This document shows, in pieces, positions 27,131-41,400 of a stretch of DNA of 64,000 nucleotides. The stretch spans positions 100,006,001-100,070,000 of the forward strand of contig OZ024744.1 in the NCBI GenBank assembly GCA_964016885.1, written 5' to 3'. Source of the DNA: Eledone cirrhosa. Taxonomy: Eukaryota. The position numbers and the translations under genes were made by a program. Position 1 is the stretch's first letter, and each line of letters opens with the position of its first letter. The notes under the pieces are model-generated. The model did not search any database. It was not told the DNA's origin and saw only the letters and a list, made by a program, of their open reading frames with translations.

Positions 27131-30100
27131 TAGCACTGTAAAACAGGGTGGTGGGCATGGTTGGAGAGCTGTAAAGAAACAATAGATGGTGGTAGTTGTA
27201 GCAGTGTAAAACATGGTGATGGGCATGGTTGGAGAGCTGTAAAGAGACAATAGATGGTGGTAGTTGTAGCACTGTAAAACAGGGTGGTGGGCATGGTTGG
27301 AGAGCTGTAAAGAAACAGTAGATGGTGGTAGTTGTAGTACTGTAAAACATGGTGGTGGGCATGGTTGGAGAGCTGTAAAGAAACAATAGAAGGTGGTAGT
27401 TGTAGCAGTGTAAAACAGGGTGGTGGGCATGGTTGGAGAGCTGTAGAGAGACAATAGATGGTGGGTGTTGTAGCACTGTAAAACATGGTGGTGGGCATGG
27501 TTGGAGAGCTGTAAAGATAACAATAGATGGTGGTAGTTGTAACACTGTAAAACAGGGTGGTGGGCATGGTTGGAGAGCTGTAAAGAAACAATAGATGGTG
27601 GTAGTTGTAGCACTGTAAAACAGGGTGGTGGGCATGGTTGGAGAGCTGTAAAGAGACAATAGATGGTGGTAGTTGTAGTACTGTAAAACAGGGTGGTGGG
27701 CATGGTTGGAGAGCTGTAAAGAAACAATAGATGGTGGTAGCTGTAGCAGTGTAAAACATGGTGGTGGGCATGGTTGGAGAGCTGTAAAGAGACAATAGAT
27801 GGTGGTAGTTGTAGTACTGTAAAACAGGGTGGTGGGCATGGTTGGAGAACTGTAAAGAAACAATAGATGGTGGGAGTTGTAGCACTGTAAAACAGGGTGG
27901 TGGGCATGGTTGGAGAGCTGTAAAGAAACAGTAGAAGGTGGTAGTTGTAGCACTGTAAAACAGGGTGTTGGTCATGGTTGGAGAGCTGTAAAGAGACAAT
28001 AGATGGTGGTAGTTGTAGCACTGTAAAACAGGGTGGTGGGCATGGTTGGAGAGCTGTAAAGAAACAATAGATGGTGGTAGTTGTAGCAGTGTAAAACATG
28101 GTGATGGGCATGGTTGGAGAGCTGTAAAGAGACAATAGATGGTGGTAGTTGTAGCACTCTAAAACAGGGTGGTGGGCATTGTTGGAGAGCTGTAAAGAGA
28201 CAGTAGATGGTGGTAGTTGTAGCACTGTAAAACAGGGTGGTGGGCCTGGTTGGAGAGCTGTAAAGATAACAATAGATGGTGGTAGTTGTAGCACTGTAAA
28301 ACATGGTGGTGGGCATGGTTGGAGAGCTGTAAAGAAACAGTAGATGGTGGGAGTTGTAGCACTGTAAAACAGGGTGGTGGGCATGGTTGGAGAGCTGTAA
28401 AGAAACAGTAGAAGGTGGTAGTTGTAACACTGTAAAACAGGGTGGTGGGCATGGTTGGAGAGCTGTAAAGAAACAATAGATGGTGGTAGTTGTAGCACTG
28501 TAAAACAGGGTGGTGGGCATGGTTGGAGAGCTGTAAAGAGACAATAGATGGTGGTAGTTGTAGCACTGTAAAACAGGGTGCTGGGCATGGTTGGAGAGCT
28601 GTATAGAGACAGTAGATGGTGGTAGTTGTAGCACTGTAAAACAGGGTGGTGGGCCTGGTTGGAGAGCTGTAAAGTTAACAATAGATGGTGGTAGTTGTAG
28701 CACTGTAAAACATGGTGGTGGGCATGGTTGGAGAGCTGTAAAGAAACAGTAGATGGTGGTAGTTGTAGCACTGTAAAACAGGGTGGTGGGCATGGTTGGA
28801 GAGCTGTAAAGAAACAGTAGAAGGTGGTAGTTGTAGCACTGTAAAACAGGGTGATGGGCATGGTTGGAGAGCTGTAAAGAGACAATAGAAGGTGGTAGTT
28901 GTAGCACTGTAAAACAAGGTGGTGGGCATGGTTGGAGAGCTGTAAAGAAACAATAGATGGTGGTAGTTGTAGCACTGTAAAACAGGGTGGTGTGCATGGT
29001 TGGAGAGCTGTAAAGAAACAGTAGAAGGTGGTAGTTGTAGCACTGTAAAACAGGGTGGTGGGAATGGTTGGAGAGCTGTAAAGAAACAGTAGATGGTGGT
29101 AATTGTAGCACTGTAAAACAGGGTGGTGGGCATGGTTGGAGAGCTGTAAAGATACAGTTGATGGTGGGAGTTGTAGCACTGTAAAACAGGGTGGTGGGCA
29201 TGGTTGGAGAGATGTAAAGAAACAATAGATGGTGGTAGTTGTAGCACTGTAAAACATGGTGGTGGGCATGGTTGGAGAGCTGTAAAGAGACAATAGATGG
29301 TGGTAGTTGTAGCACTGTAAAACAAGGTGGTGGGCATGGTTGGAGAGCTGTAAAGAGACAATAGATGGTGGTAGTTGTAGCACTGTAAAACAGGGTGGTG
29401 GGCATGGTTGGTGAGCTGTAAAGAGACAATAGATGGTGGTAGTTGTAGCACTGTAAAACAGGGTGGTGGGCATGGTTGGAGAGCTGTAAAGAGACAATAG
29501 ATGGTGGTAGTTGTAGCACTGTAAAACATGGTGGTGGGCATGGTTGGAGAGCTGTAAAGAGACAATAGATGGTGGTAGTTGTAGCACTGTAAATCAGGGT
29601 GGTGGGCATGGTTGGAGAGCTGTAAAGAAACAATAGATGGTGGTAGTTGTAGCACTGTAAAACAGCGTGGTGGGCATGGTTGGAGAGCTGTAATGAAACA
29701 GTAGATGGTGGTAGTTGTAGCACTGTAAAACATGGTGGTGGGCATGGTTGGAGAGCTGTAAAGAGACAATAGAAGGTGGTAGTTGTAGCACTGTAAAACA
29801 AGGTGGTGGGCATGGTTGGAGAGCTGTAAAGAAACAATAGAAGGTGGTAGTTGTAGCACTGTAAAACAGTGTGGTGGGCATGGTTGGAGAGCTGTAAAGA
29901 AACAGTAGATGGTGGTACTTGTAGCACTGTAAAACAGGGTGGTGGGCATGGTTGGAGAGCTGTAAAGAAACAATAGATGGTGGAAGTTGTAGCTCTGTAA
30001 AACAGGGTGGTGGGCATGGTTGGAGAGCTGTAAAGAGACAATAGATGGTGGTAGTTGTAGTACTGTAAAACAGGGTGGTGGGCATGGTTGGAGAGCTGTA

Positions 30101-33100
30101 AAGAAACAATAGATGGTGGTAGCTGTAGCAGTGTATAACATGGTGGTGGGCATGGTTGGAGAGCTGTAAAGAGACAATAGATGGTGGTAGTTGTAGCACT
30201 GTAAAACAGGGTGGTGGGCATGGTTGGAGAGCTGTAAAGAAACAGTAGATGGTGGTAGTTGTAGTACTGTAAAACATGGTTGTGGGCATGGTTGGAGAGC
30301 TGTAAAGAAACAATAGAAGGTGGTAGTTGTAGCAGTGTAAAACAGGGTGGTGGGCATGGTTGGAGAGCTGTAAAGAGACAATAGATGGTGGTAGTTGTAG
30401 CACTGTAAAACATGGTGGTGGGCATGGTTGGAGAGCTGTAAAGAAACAATAGATGGTGGTAGTTGTAACACTGTTAAACAGGGTGGTGGGCATGGTTGGA
30501 GAGCTGTAAAGAAACAATAGATGGTGGTAGTTGTAGCACTGTAAAACAGGGTGGTGGGCATGGTTGGAGAGCTGTAAAGAGACAATAGATGGTGGTAGTT
30601 GTAGCACTGTAAAACAGGGTGGTGGGCATGGTTGGAGAGCTGTAAAGAAACAATAGATGGTGGTAGTTGTAGCAGTGTAAAACATGGTGATGGGCATGGT
30701 TGGAGAGCTGTAAAGAGACAATAGATGGTGGTAGTTGTAGCACTGTAAAACAGGGTGGTGGGCATGGTTGGAGAGCTGTAAAGAAACAGTAGATGGTGGT
30801 AGTTGTAGTACTGTAAAACATGGTGGTGGGCATGGTTGGAGAGCTGTAAAGAAACAATAGAAGGTGGTAGTTGTAGCAGTGTAAAACAGGGTGGTGGGCA
30901 TGGTTGGAGAGCTGTAGAGAGACAATAGATGGTGGGTGTTGTAGCACTGTAAAACATGGTGGTGGGCATGGTTGGAGAGCTGTAAAGATAACAATAGATG
31001 GTGGTAGTTGTAACACTGTAAAACAGGGTGGTGGGCATGGTTGGAGAGCTGTAAAGAAACAATAGATGGTGGTAGTTGTAGCACTGTAAAACAGGGTGGT
31101 GGGCATGGTTGGAGAGCTGTAAAGAGACAATAGATGGTGGTAGTTGTAGTACTGTAAAACAGGGTGGTGGGCATGGTTGGAGAGCTGTAAAGAAACAATA
31201 GATGGTGGTAGCTGTAGCAGTGTAAAACATGGTGGTGGGCATGGTTGGAGAGCTGTAAAGAGACAATAGATGGTGGTAGTTGTAGTACTGTAAAACAGGG
31301 TGGTGGGCATGGTTGGAGAACTGTAAAGAAACAATAGATGGTGGGAGTTGTAGCACTGTAAAACAGGGTGGTGGGCATGGTTGGAGAGCTGTAAAGAAAC
31401 AGTAGAAGGTGGTAGTTGTAGCACTGTAAAACAGGGTGTTGGTCATGGTTGGAGAGCTGTAAAGAGACAATAGATGGTGGTAGTTGTAGCACTGTAAAAC
31501 AGGGTAGTGGGCATGGTTGGAGAGCTGTAAAGAAACAATAGATGGTGGTAGTTGTAGCAGTGTAAAACATGGTGATGGGCATGGTTGGAGAGCTGTAAAG
31601 AGACAATAGATGGTGGTAGTTGTAGCACTCTAAAACAGGGTGGTGGGCATTGTTGGAGAGCTGTAAAGAGACAGTAGATGGTGGTAGTTGTAGCACTGTA
31701 AAACAGGGTGGTGGGCCTGGTTGGAGAGCTGTAAAGATAACAATAGATGGTGGTAGTTGTAGCACTGTAAAACATGGTGGTGGGCATGGTTGGAGAGCTG
31801 TAAAGAAACAGTAGATGGTGGGAGTTGTAGCACTGTAAAACAGGGTGGTGGGCATGGTTGGAGAGCTGTAAAGAAACAGTAGAAGGTGGTAGTTGTAACA
31901 CTGTAAAACAGGGTGGTGGGCATGGTTGGAGAGCTGTAAAGAAACAATAGATGGTGGTAGTTGTAGCACTGTAAAACAGGGTGGTGGGCATGGTTGGAGA
32001 GCTGTAAAGAGACAATAGATGGTGGTAGTTGTAGCACTGTAAAACAGGGTGCTGGGCATGGTTGGAGAGCTGTATAGAGACAGTAGATGGTGGTAGTTGT
32101 AGCACTGTAAAACAGGGTGGTGGGCCTGGTTGGAGAGCTGTAAAGTTAACAATAGATGGTGGTAGTTGTAGCACTGTAAAACATGGTGGTGGGCATGGTT
32201 GGAGAGCTGTAAAGAAACAGTAGATGGTGGTAGTTGTAGCACTGTAAAACAGGGTGGTGGGCATGGTTGGAGAGCTGTAAAGAAACAGTAGAAGGTGGTA
32301 GTTGTAGCACTGTAAAACAGGGTGATGGGCATGGTTGGAGAGCTGTAAAGAGACAATAGAAGGTGGTAGTTGTAGCACTGTAAAACAAGGTGGTGGGCAT
32401 GGTTGGAGAGCTGTAAAGAAACAATAGATGGTGGTAGTTGTAGCACTGTAAAACAGGGTGGTGTGCATGGTTGGAGAGCTGTAAAGAAACAGTAGAAGGT
32501 GGTAGTTGTAGCACTGTAAAACAGGGTGGTGGGAATGGTTGGAGAGCTGTAAAGAAACAGTAGATGGTGGTAATTGTAGCACTGTAAAACAGGGTGGTGG
32601 GCATGGTTGGAGAGCTGTAAAGATACAGTTGATGGTGGGAGTTGTAGCACTGTAAAACAGGGTGGTGGGCATGGTTGGAGAGATGTAAAGAAACAATAGA
32701 TGGTGGTAGTTGTAGCACTGTAAAACATGGTGGTGGGCATGGTTGGAGAGCTGTAAAGAGACAATAGATGGTGGTAGTTGTAGCACTGTAAAACAGGGTG
32801 GTGGGCATGGTTGGAGAGCTGTAAAGAGACAATAGATGGTGGTAGTTGTAGCACTGTAAAACAGGGTGGTGGGCATGGTTGGTGAGCTGTAAAGAGACAA
32901 TAGATGGTGGTAGTTGTAGCACTGTAAAACAGGGTGGTGGGCATGGTTGGAGAGCTGTAAAGAGACAATAGATGGTGGTAGTTGTAGCACTGTAAAACAT
33001 GGTGGTGGGCATGGTTGGAGAGCTGTAAAGAGACAATAGATGGTTGTAGTTGTAGCACTGTAAATCAGGGTGGTGGGCATGGTTGGAGAGCTGTAAAGAA

Positions 33101-33200
33101 ACAATAGATGGTGGTAGTTGTAGCACTGTAAAACAGCGTGGTGGGCATGGTTGGAGAGCTGTAATGAAACAGTAGATGGTGGTAGTTGTAGCACTGTAAA
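25900..33200 (+). repeat. Tandem duplication of a 56/51-monomer block (3811/3471 bp)
   Basis: catggttgtggg at 26467/30278 (3811 = 56x68+3). Then 27972/31443, 28159/31630, 28675/32146 and 29594/33065 are all offset by 3471 (= 51x68+3), implying a 5-monomer loss near 30.5 kb. Confidence 0.85.
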
Positions 33201-34129
33201 ACATGGTGGTGAGCATGGTTGGAGAGCTGTAAAGAAACAATAGATGGTGGTAGTTGTAGCACTGTAAAACAGGGTGGTGGGCATGGTTGGAGAGCTGTAA
33301 AGAGACAGTAGATGGTGGTCGTTGTAGCACTGTAAAACAGGGTGGTGGGCATGGATGGAGAGCTGTAAAGAAACAGTAGATGGTGGTAGTTGTAGTACTG
33401 TAAAACATGGTGGTGGGCATGGTTGGAGAGCTGTAAAGATAACAATAGATGGTGGTAGTTGTAGCACTGTAAAACATGGTGGAGGGCATGGTTGGAGAGC
33501 TGTAAAGAAACAGTAGATTGTGGTAGTTGTAGCACTGTAAACCAGGGTGGTGGGCATAGTTGGAGAGCTGCAAAGAAACAGTAGATGGTGGTAGTTGTAG
33601 TACTGTAAAACATGGTGGTGGGCATGGTTGGAGAGCTGTAAAGATAACAATAGATGGTGGTAGTTGTAGCACTGTAAATCAGGGTGGTGTGCACGGTTGG
33701 AGAGCTGTAAAGAAACAATAGATGGTGGTAGTTGTAGCACTGTAAAACAGGGTGTTGGGCATGGTTGGAGAGCTGTAAAGAAACAGTAGAAGGTGGTAGT
33801 TGTAGCACTGTAAAACAGGGTGGTGGGCATGGTTGGAGAGCTGTAAAGAAACAGTAGATGGTGGTAGTTGTAGCACTGTAAAACAGGGTGGTGGGCATGG
33901 TTGTAGAGCTGTAAAGAGACAGTAGATGGTGGGAGTTGTAGCACTGTAAACAGGGTGGTGGGCATGGTTGGAGAGCAGTAAAGAAACAATAGATGGTGGT
34001 AGTTGTAGCACTGTAAAACAGGGTGGTGGGCATGGTTGGAGAACTGTAAAGAGACAATAGATGGTGGTAGTTGCAGCACTGTAAAACAGGGTGGTGGGCA
34101 TGGTTGGAGAGCTGTAAAGAGACGATAGA

Positions 34130-37100
34130 TGGTGGTAGTTGTAGCACTGTAAAACAGGGGGGTGGGCATGGTTGGAGAGCTGTAAAGAGACAATAGATGG
34201 TGGTAGTTGTAGCACTGTAAAACAGGGTGGTGGGCATGGTTGGAGAGCTGTAAAGAAACAATAGATGGTGGTAGTTGTAGCACTGTAAAACAGGGTGGTG
34301 GGCATGGTTGGAGAGCTGTAAAGAGACAATAGATGGTGGTAGTTGTAGCACTGTAAAACAGGGTGGTGGGCATGGTTGGAGAGCTGTAAAGAAACAATAG
34401 ATGGTGGTAGTTGTAGCACTGTAAAACAGGGTGGTGGGCATGGTTGGAGAGCTGTAAAGAAACAATAGATGGTGGTATTTGTAGCACTGTAAAACAGGGT
34501 GGTGGGCATGGTTGGAGAGCTGTAAAGAAACAATAGATGGTGGTAGTTGTAGCACTGTAAAACAGGGTTGTGGGCATGGTTGGAGAGCTGTAAAGAAACA
34601 GTAGAAGGTGGTAGTTGTAGCACTGTAAAACAGGGTGGTGGGCATGGTTGGAGAGCTGTAAACAAACAGTAGATGGTGGTAGTTGTAGCACTGTAAAACA
34701 GGGTGGTGGGCATGGTTGGAGAGCTGTAAAGATACAGTAGATGGTGGGAGTTGTAGCACTGTAAAACAGGGTGGTGGGCATGGTTGGAGAGCTGTAAAGA
34801 AACAATAGATGGTGGTAGTTGTAGCACTGTAAAACAGGGTGGTGGGCATGGTTGGAGAGCTGTAAAGAGACAATAGATGGTGGTAGTTGTAGCACTGTAA
34901 AACAGGGTGGTGGGCATGGTTGGAGAGCTGTAAAAAAACAATAGATGGTGGTAGTTGTAGCACTGTAAAACAGGGTGGTGGGCATGGTTGGAGAGCTGTA
35001 AAGAAACAATAGATGGTGGTAGTTGTAGCAAAGTAAAACAGGTTGGTGGGCATGATTGGAGAGCTGTAAAGAAACAATAGATGGTGGTAGTTGTAGTACT
35101 GTAAAACAGGGTGGTGGGCATGGTTGGAGAGCTGTAAAGAGACAGTAGATGGTGGTAGTTGTAGCACTGTAAAACAGGGTGGTGGGCATGGTTGGAGAGC
35201 TGTAAAGAAACAGTAGATGGTGGTAGTTGTAGCACTGTAAAACAAGGTGGTGGGCATGGTTGGAGAGCTGTAAAGAGACAATAGAAGGTGGTAGTTGTAG
35301 CACTGTAAAACAAGGTGGTGGGCATGGTTGGAGAGCTGTAAAGAAACAATAGATGGTGGTAGCTGTAGCAGTGTAAAACATGGTGGTGGGCATGGTTGGA
35401 GAGCTGTAAAGAGACAATAGATGGTGGTAGTTGTAGTACTGTAAAACAGGGTGGTGGGCATGGTTGGAGAGCTGTAAAGAAACAATAGATGGTGGTAGTT
35501 GTAGCACTGTAAAACAGGGTGGTGGGCATGGTTGGAGAGCTGTAAAGAAACAATAGATGGTGGTAGTTGTAGCACTGTAAAACAGTGTGGTGGGCATGGT
35601 TGGAGAGCTGTAAAGAAACAGTAGATGGTGGTACTTGTAGCACTGTAAAACAGGGTGGTGGGCATGGTTGGAGAGCTGTAAAGAAACAATAGATGGTGGA
35701 AGTTGTAGCTCTGTAAAACAGGGTGGTGGGCATGGTTGGAGAGCTGTAAAGAGACAATAGATGGTAGTAGTTGTAGTACTGTAAAACAGGGTGGTGGGCA
35801 TGGTTGGAGAGCTGTAAAGAAACAATAGATGGTGGTAGCTGTAGCAGTGTAAAACATGGTGGTGGGCATGGTTGGAGAGCTGTAAAGAGACAATAGATGG
35901 TGGTAGTTGTAGCACTGTAAAACAGGGTGGTGGGCATGGTTGGAGAGCTGTAAAGAAACAGTAGATGGTGGTAGTTGTAGCACTGTAAAACAGGGGGGTG
36001 GGCATGGTTGGAGAGCTGTAAAGAGACAATAGATGGTGGTAGTTGTAGCACTGTAAAACAGGGTGGTGGGCATGGTTGGAGAGCTGTAAAGAAACAATAG
36101 ATGGTGGTAGTTGTAGCACTGTAAAACAGGGTGGTGGGCATGGTTGGAGAGCTGTAAAGAGACAATAGATGGTGGTAGTTGTAGCACTGTAAAACAGGGT
36201 GGTGGGCATGGTTGGAGAGCTGTAAAGAAACAATAGATGGTGGTAGTTGTAGCACTGTAAAACAGGGTGGTGGGCATGGTTGGAGAGCTGTAAAGAAACA
36301 ATAGATGGTGGTATTTGTAGCACTGTAAAACAGGGTGGTGGGCATGGTTGGAGAGCTGTAAAGAAACAATAGATGGTGGTAGTTGTAGCACTGTAAAACA
36401 GGGTTGTGGGCATGGTTGGAGAGCTGTAAAGAAACAGTAGAAGGTGGTAGTTGTAGCACTGTAAAACAGGGTGGTGGGCATGGTTGGAGAGCTGTAAACA
36501 AACAGTAGATGGTGGTAGTTGTAGCACTGTAAAACAGGGTGGTGGGCATGGTTGGAGAGCTGTAAAGATACAGTAGATGGTGGGAGTTGTAGCACTGTAA
36601 AACAGGGTGGTGGGCATGGTTGGAGAGCTGTAAAGAAACAATAGATGGTGGTAGTTGTAGCACTGTAAAACAGGGTGGTGGGCATGGTTGGAGAGCTGTA
36701 AAGAGACAATAGATGGTGGTAGTTGTAGCACTGTAAAACAGGGTGGTGGGCATGGTTGGAGAGCTGTAAAAAAACAATAGATGGTGGTAGTTGTAGCACT
36801 GTAAAACAGGGTGGTGGGCATGGTTGGAGAGCTGTAAAGAAACAATAGATGGTGGTAGTTGTAGCAAAGTAAAACAGGTTGGTGGGCATGATTGGAGAGC
36901 TGTAAAGAAACAATAGATGGTGGTAGTTGTAGTACTGTAAAACAGGGTGGTGGGCATGGTTGGAGAGCTGTAAAGAGACAGTAGATGGTGGTAGTTGTAG
37001 CACTGTAAAACAGGGTGGTGGGCATGGTTGGAGAGCTGTAAAGAAACAGTAGATGGTGGTAGTTGTAGCACTGTAAAACAAGGTGGTGGGCATGGTTGGA

Positions 37101-37810
37101 GAGCTGTAAAGAGACAATAGAAGGTGGTAGTTGTAGCACTGTAAAACAAGGTGGTGGGCATGGTTGGAGAGCTGTAAAGAAACAATAGATGGTGGTAGCT
37201 GTAGCAGTGTAAAACATGGTGGTGGGCATGGTTGGAGAGCTGTAAAGAGACAATAGATGGTGGTAGTTGTAGTACTGTAAAACAGGGTGGTGGGCATGGT
37301 TGGAGAGCTGTAAAGAAACAATAGATGGTGGTAGTTGTAGCACTGTAAAACAGGGTGGTGGGCATGGTTGGAGAGCTGTAAAGAAACAATAGATGGTGGT
37401 AGTTGTAGCACTGTAAAACAGTGTGGTGGGCATGGTTGGAGAGCTGTAAAGAAACAGTAGATGGTGGTACTTGTAGCACTGTAAAACAGGGTGGTGGGCA
37501 TGGTTGGAGAGCTGTAAAGAAACAATAGATGGTGGAAGTTGTAGCTCTGTAAAACAGGGTGGTGGGCATGGTTGGAGAGCTGTAAAGAGACAATAGATGG
37601 TAGTAGTTGTAGTACTGTAAAACAGGGTGGTGGGCATGGTTGGAGAGCTGTAAAGAAACAATAGATGGTGGTAGCTGTAGCAGTGTAAAACATGGTGGTG
37701 GGCATGGTTGGAGAGCTGTAAAGAGACAATAGATGGTGGTAGTTGTAGCACTGTAAAACAGGGTGGTGGGCATGGTTGGAGAGCTGTAAAGAAACAGTAG
37801 ATGGTGGTAG
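34130..37810 (+). repeat. Near-perfect tandem duplication of 27 monomers (1836 bp)
   Basis: caggggggt 34155/35991, ggtggtattt 34471/36307, gcaaagt 35031/36867 and atggtagtag 35761/37597 are all offset by exactly 1836 = 27x68. Confidence 0.92.
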
Positions 37811-38459
37811 TTGTAGTACTGTAAAACATGGTGGTGGGCATGGTTGGAGAGCTGTAAAGAAACAATAGAAGGTGGTAGTTGTAGCAGTGTAAAACAGGGT
37901 GGTGGGCATGGTTGGAGAGCTGTAAAGAGACAATAGATGGTGGTAGTTGTAGCACTGTAAAACATGGTGGTGGGCATGGTTGGAGAGCTGTAAAGAAACA
38001 ATAGATGGTGGTAGTTGTAACACTGTAAAACAGGGTGGTGGGCATGGTTGGAGAGCTGTAAAGAAACAATAGATGGTGGTAGTTGTAGCACTGTAAAACA
38101 GGGTGGTGGGCATGGTTGGAGAGCTGTAAAGAGACAATAGATGGTGGTAGTTGTAGCACTGTAAAACAGGGATGTGGGCATGGTTGGAGAGCTGTAAAGA
38201 AACAATAGATGGTGGTAGCTGTAGCAGTGTAAAACATGGTGGTGGGCATGGTTGGAGAGCTGTAAAGAGACAATAGATGGTGGTAGTTGTAGTACTGTAA
38301 AACAGGGTGGTGGGCATGGTTGGAGAGCTGTAAAGAAACAATAGATGGTGGGAGTTGTAGCACTGTAAAACAGGGTGGTGGGCATGGTTGGAGAGCTGTA
38401 AAGAAACAGTAGAAGGTGGTAGTTGTAGCACTGTAAAACAGGGTGTTGGTCATGGTTGG

Positions 38460-41400
38460 AGAGCTGTAAAGAGACAATAGATGGTGGTAGTTGTAGCACT
38501 GTAAAACAGGGTGGTGGGCATGGTTGGAGAGCTGTAAAGAAACAATAGATGGTGGTAGTTGTAGCAGTGTAAAACATGGTGATGGGCATGGTTGGAGAGC
38601 TGTAAAGAGACAATAGATGGTGGTAGTTGTAGCACTGTAAAACAGGGTGGTGGGCATGGTTGGAGAGCTGTAAAGAAACAGTAGATGGTGGTAGTTGTAG
38701 TACTGTAAAACATGGTGGTGGGCATGGTTGGAGAGCTGTAAAGAAACAATAGAAGGTGGTAGTTGTAGCAGTGTAAAACAGGGTGGTGGGCATGGTTGGA
38801 GAGCTGTAGAGAGACAATAGATGGTGGGTGTTGTAGCACTGTAAAACATGGTGGTGGGCATGGTTGGAGAGCTGTAAAGATAACAATAGATGGTGGTAGT
38901 TGTAACACTGTAAAACAGGGTGGTGGGCATGGTTGGAGAGCTGTAAAGAAACAATAGATGGTGGTAGTTGTAGCACTGTAAAACAGGGTGGTGGGCATGG
39001 TTGGAGAGCTGTAAAGTGACAATAGATGGTGGTAGTTGTAGTACTGTAAAACAGGGTGGTGGGCATGGTTGGAGAGCTGTAAAGAAACAATAGATGGTGG
39101 TAGCTGTAGCAGTGTAAAACATGGTGGTGGGCATGGTTGGAGAGCTGTAAAGAGACAATAGATGGTGGTAGTTGTAGTACTGTAAAACAGGGTGGTGGGC
39201 ATGGTTGGAGAACTGTAAAGAAACAATAGATGGTGGGAGTTGTAGCACTGTAAAACAGGGTGGTGGGCATGGTTGGAGAGCTGTAAAGAAACAGTAGAAG
39301 GTGGTAGTTGTAGCACTGTAAAACAGGGTGTTGGTCATGGTTGGAGAGCTGTAAAGAGACAATAGATGGTCGTAGTTGTAGCACTGTAAAACAGGGTGGT
39401 GGGCATGGTTGGAGAGCTGTAAAGAAACAATAGATGGTGGTAGTTGTAGCAGTGTAAAACATGGTGATGGGCATGGTTGGAGAGCTGTAAAGAGACAATA
39501 GATGGTGGTAGTTGTAGCACTCTAAAACAGGGTGGTGGGCATTGTTGGAGAGCTGTAAAAAGACAGTAGATGGTGGTAGTTGTAGCACTGTAAAACAGGG
39601 TGGTGGGCCTGGTTGGAGAGCTGTAAAGATAACAATAGATGGTGGTAGTTGTAGCACTGTAAAACATGGTGGTGGGCATGGTTGGAGAGCTGTAAAGAAA
39701 CAGTAGATGGTGGGAGTTGTAGCACTGTAAAACAGGGTGGTGGGCATGGTTGGAGAGCTGTAAAGAAACAGTAGAAGGTGGTAGTTGTAACACTGTAAAA
39801 CAGGGTGGTGGGCATGGTTGGAGAGCTGTAAAGAAACAATAGATGGTGGTAGTTGTAGCACTGTAAAACAGGGTGGTGGGCATGGTTGGAGAGCTGTAAA
39901 GAGACAATAGATGGTGGTAGTTGTAGCACTGTAAAACAGGGTGCTGGGCATGGTTGGAGAGCTGTATAGAGACAGTAGATGGTGGTAGTTGTAGCACTGT
40001 AAAACAGGGTGGTGGGCCTGGTTGGAGAGCTGTAAAGTTAACAATAGATGGTGGTAGTTGTAGCACTGTAAAACATGGTGGTGGGCATGGTTGGAGAGCT
40101 GTAAAGAAACAGTAGATGGTGGTAGTTGTAGCACTGTAAAACAGGGTGGTGGGCATGGTTGGAGAGCTGTAAAGAAACAGTAGAAGGTGGTAGTTGTAGC
40201 ACTGTAAAACAGGGTGATGGGCATGGTTGGAGAGCTGTAAAGAGACAATAGAAGGTGGTAGTTGTAGCACTGTAAAACAAGGTGGTGGGCATGGTTGGAG
40301 AGCTGTAAAGAAACAATAGATGGTGGTAGTTGTAGCACTGTAAAACAGGGTGGTGTGCATGGTTGGAGAGCTGTAAAGAAACAGTAGAAGGTGGTAGTTG
40401 TAGCACTGTAAAACAGGGTGGTGGGAATGGTTGGAGAGCTGTAAAGAAACAGTAGATGGTGGTAATTGTAGCACTGTAAAACAGGGTGGTGGGCATGGTT
40501 GGAGAGCTGTAAAGATACAGTTGATGGTGGGAGTTGTAGCACTGTAAAACAGGGTGGTGGGCATGGTTGGAGAGATGTAAAGAAACAATAGATGGTGGTA
40601 GTTGTAGCACTGTAAAACATGGTGGTGGGCATGGTTGGAGAGCTGTAAAGAGACAATAGATGGTGGTAGTTGTAGCACTGTAAAACAGGGTGGTGGGCAT
40701 GGTTGGAGAGCTGTAAAGAGACAATAGATGGTGGTAGTTGTAGCACTGTAAAACAGGGTGGTGGGCATGGTTGGTGAGCTGTAAAGAGACAATAGATGGT
40801 GGTAGTTGTAGCACTGTAAAACAGGGTGGTGGGCATGGTTGGAGAGCTGTAAAGAGACAATAGATGGTGGTAGTTGTAGCACTGTAAAACAGGATGGTGG
40901 GCATGGTTGGAGAGCTGTAAAGAGACAATAGATGGTGGTAGTTGTAGCACTGTAAATCAGGGTGGTGGGCATGGTTGGAGAGCTGTAAAGAAACAATAGA
41001 TGGTGGTAGTTGTAGCACTGTAAAACAGGGTGGTGGGCATGGTTGGAGAGCTGTAATGAAACAGTAGATGGTGGTAGTTGTAGCACTGTAAAACATGGTG
41101 GTGAGCATGGTTGGAGAGCTGTAAAGAAACAATAGATGGTGGTAGTTGTAGCACTGTAAAACAGGGTGGTGGGCATGGTTGGAGAGCTGTAAAGAGACAG
41201 TAGATGGTGGTCGTTGTAGCACTGTAAAACAGGGTGGTGGGCATGGATGGAGAGCTGTAAAGAAACAGTAGATGGTGGTAGTTGTAGTACTGTAAAACAT
41301 GGAGGTGGGCATGGTTGGAGAGCTGTAAAGATAACAATAGATGGTGGTAGTTGTAGCACTGTAAAACATGGTGGAGGGCATGGTTGGAGAGCTGTAAAGA

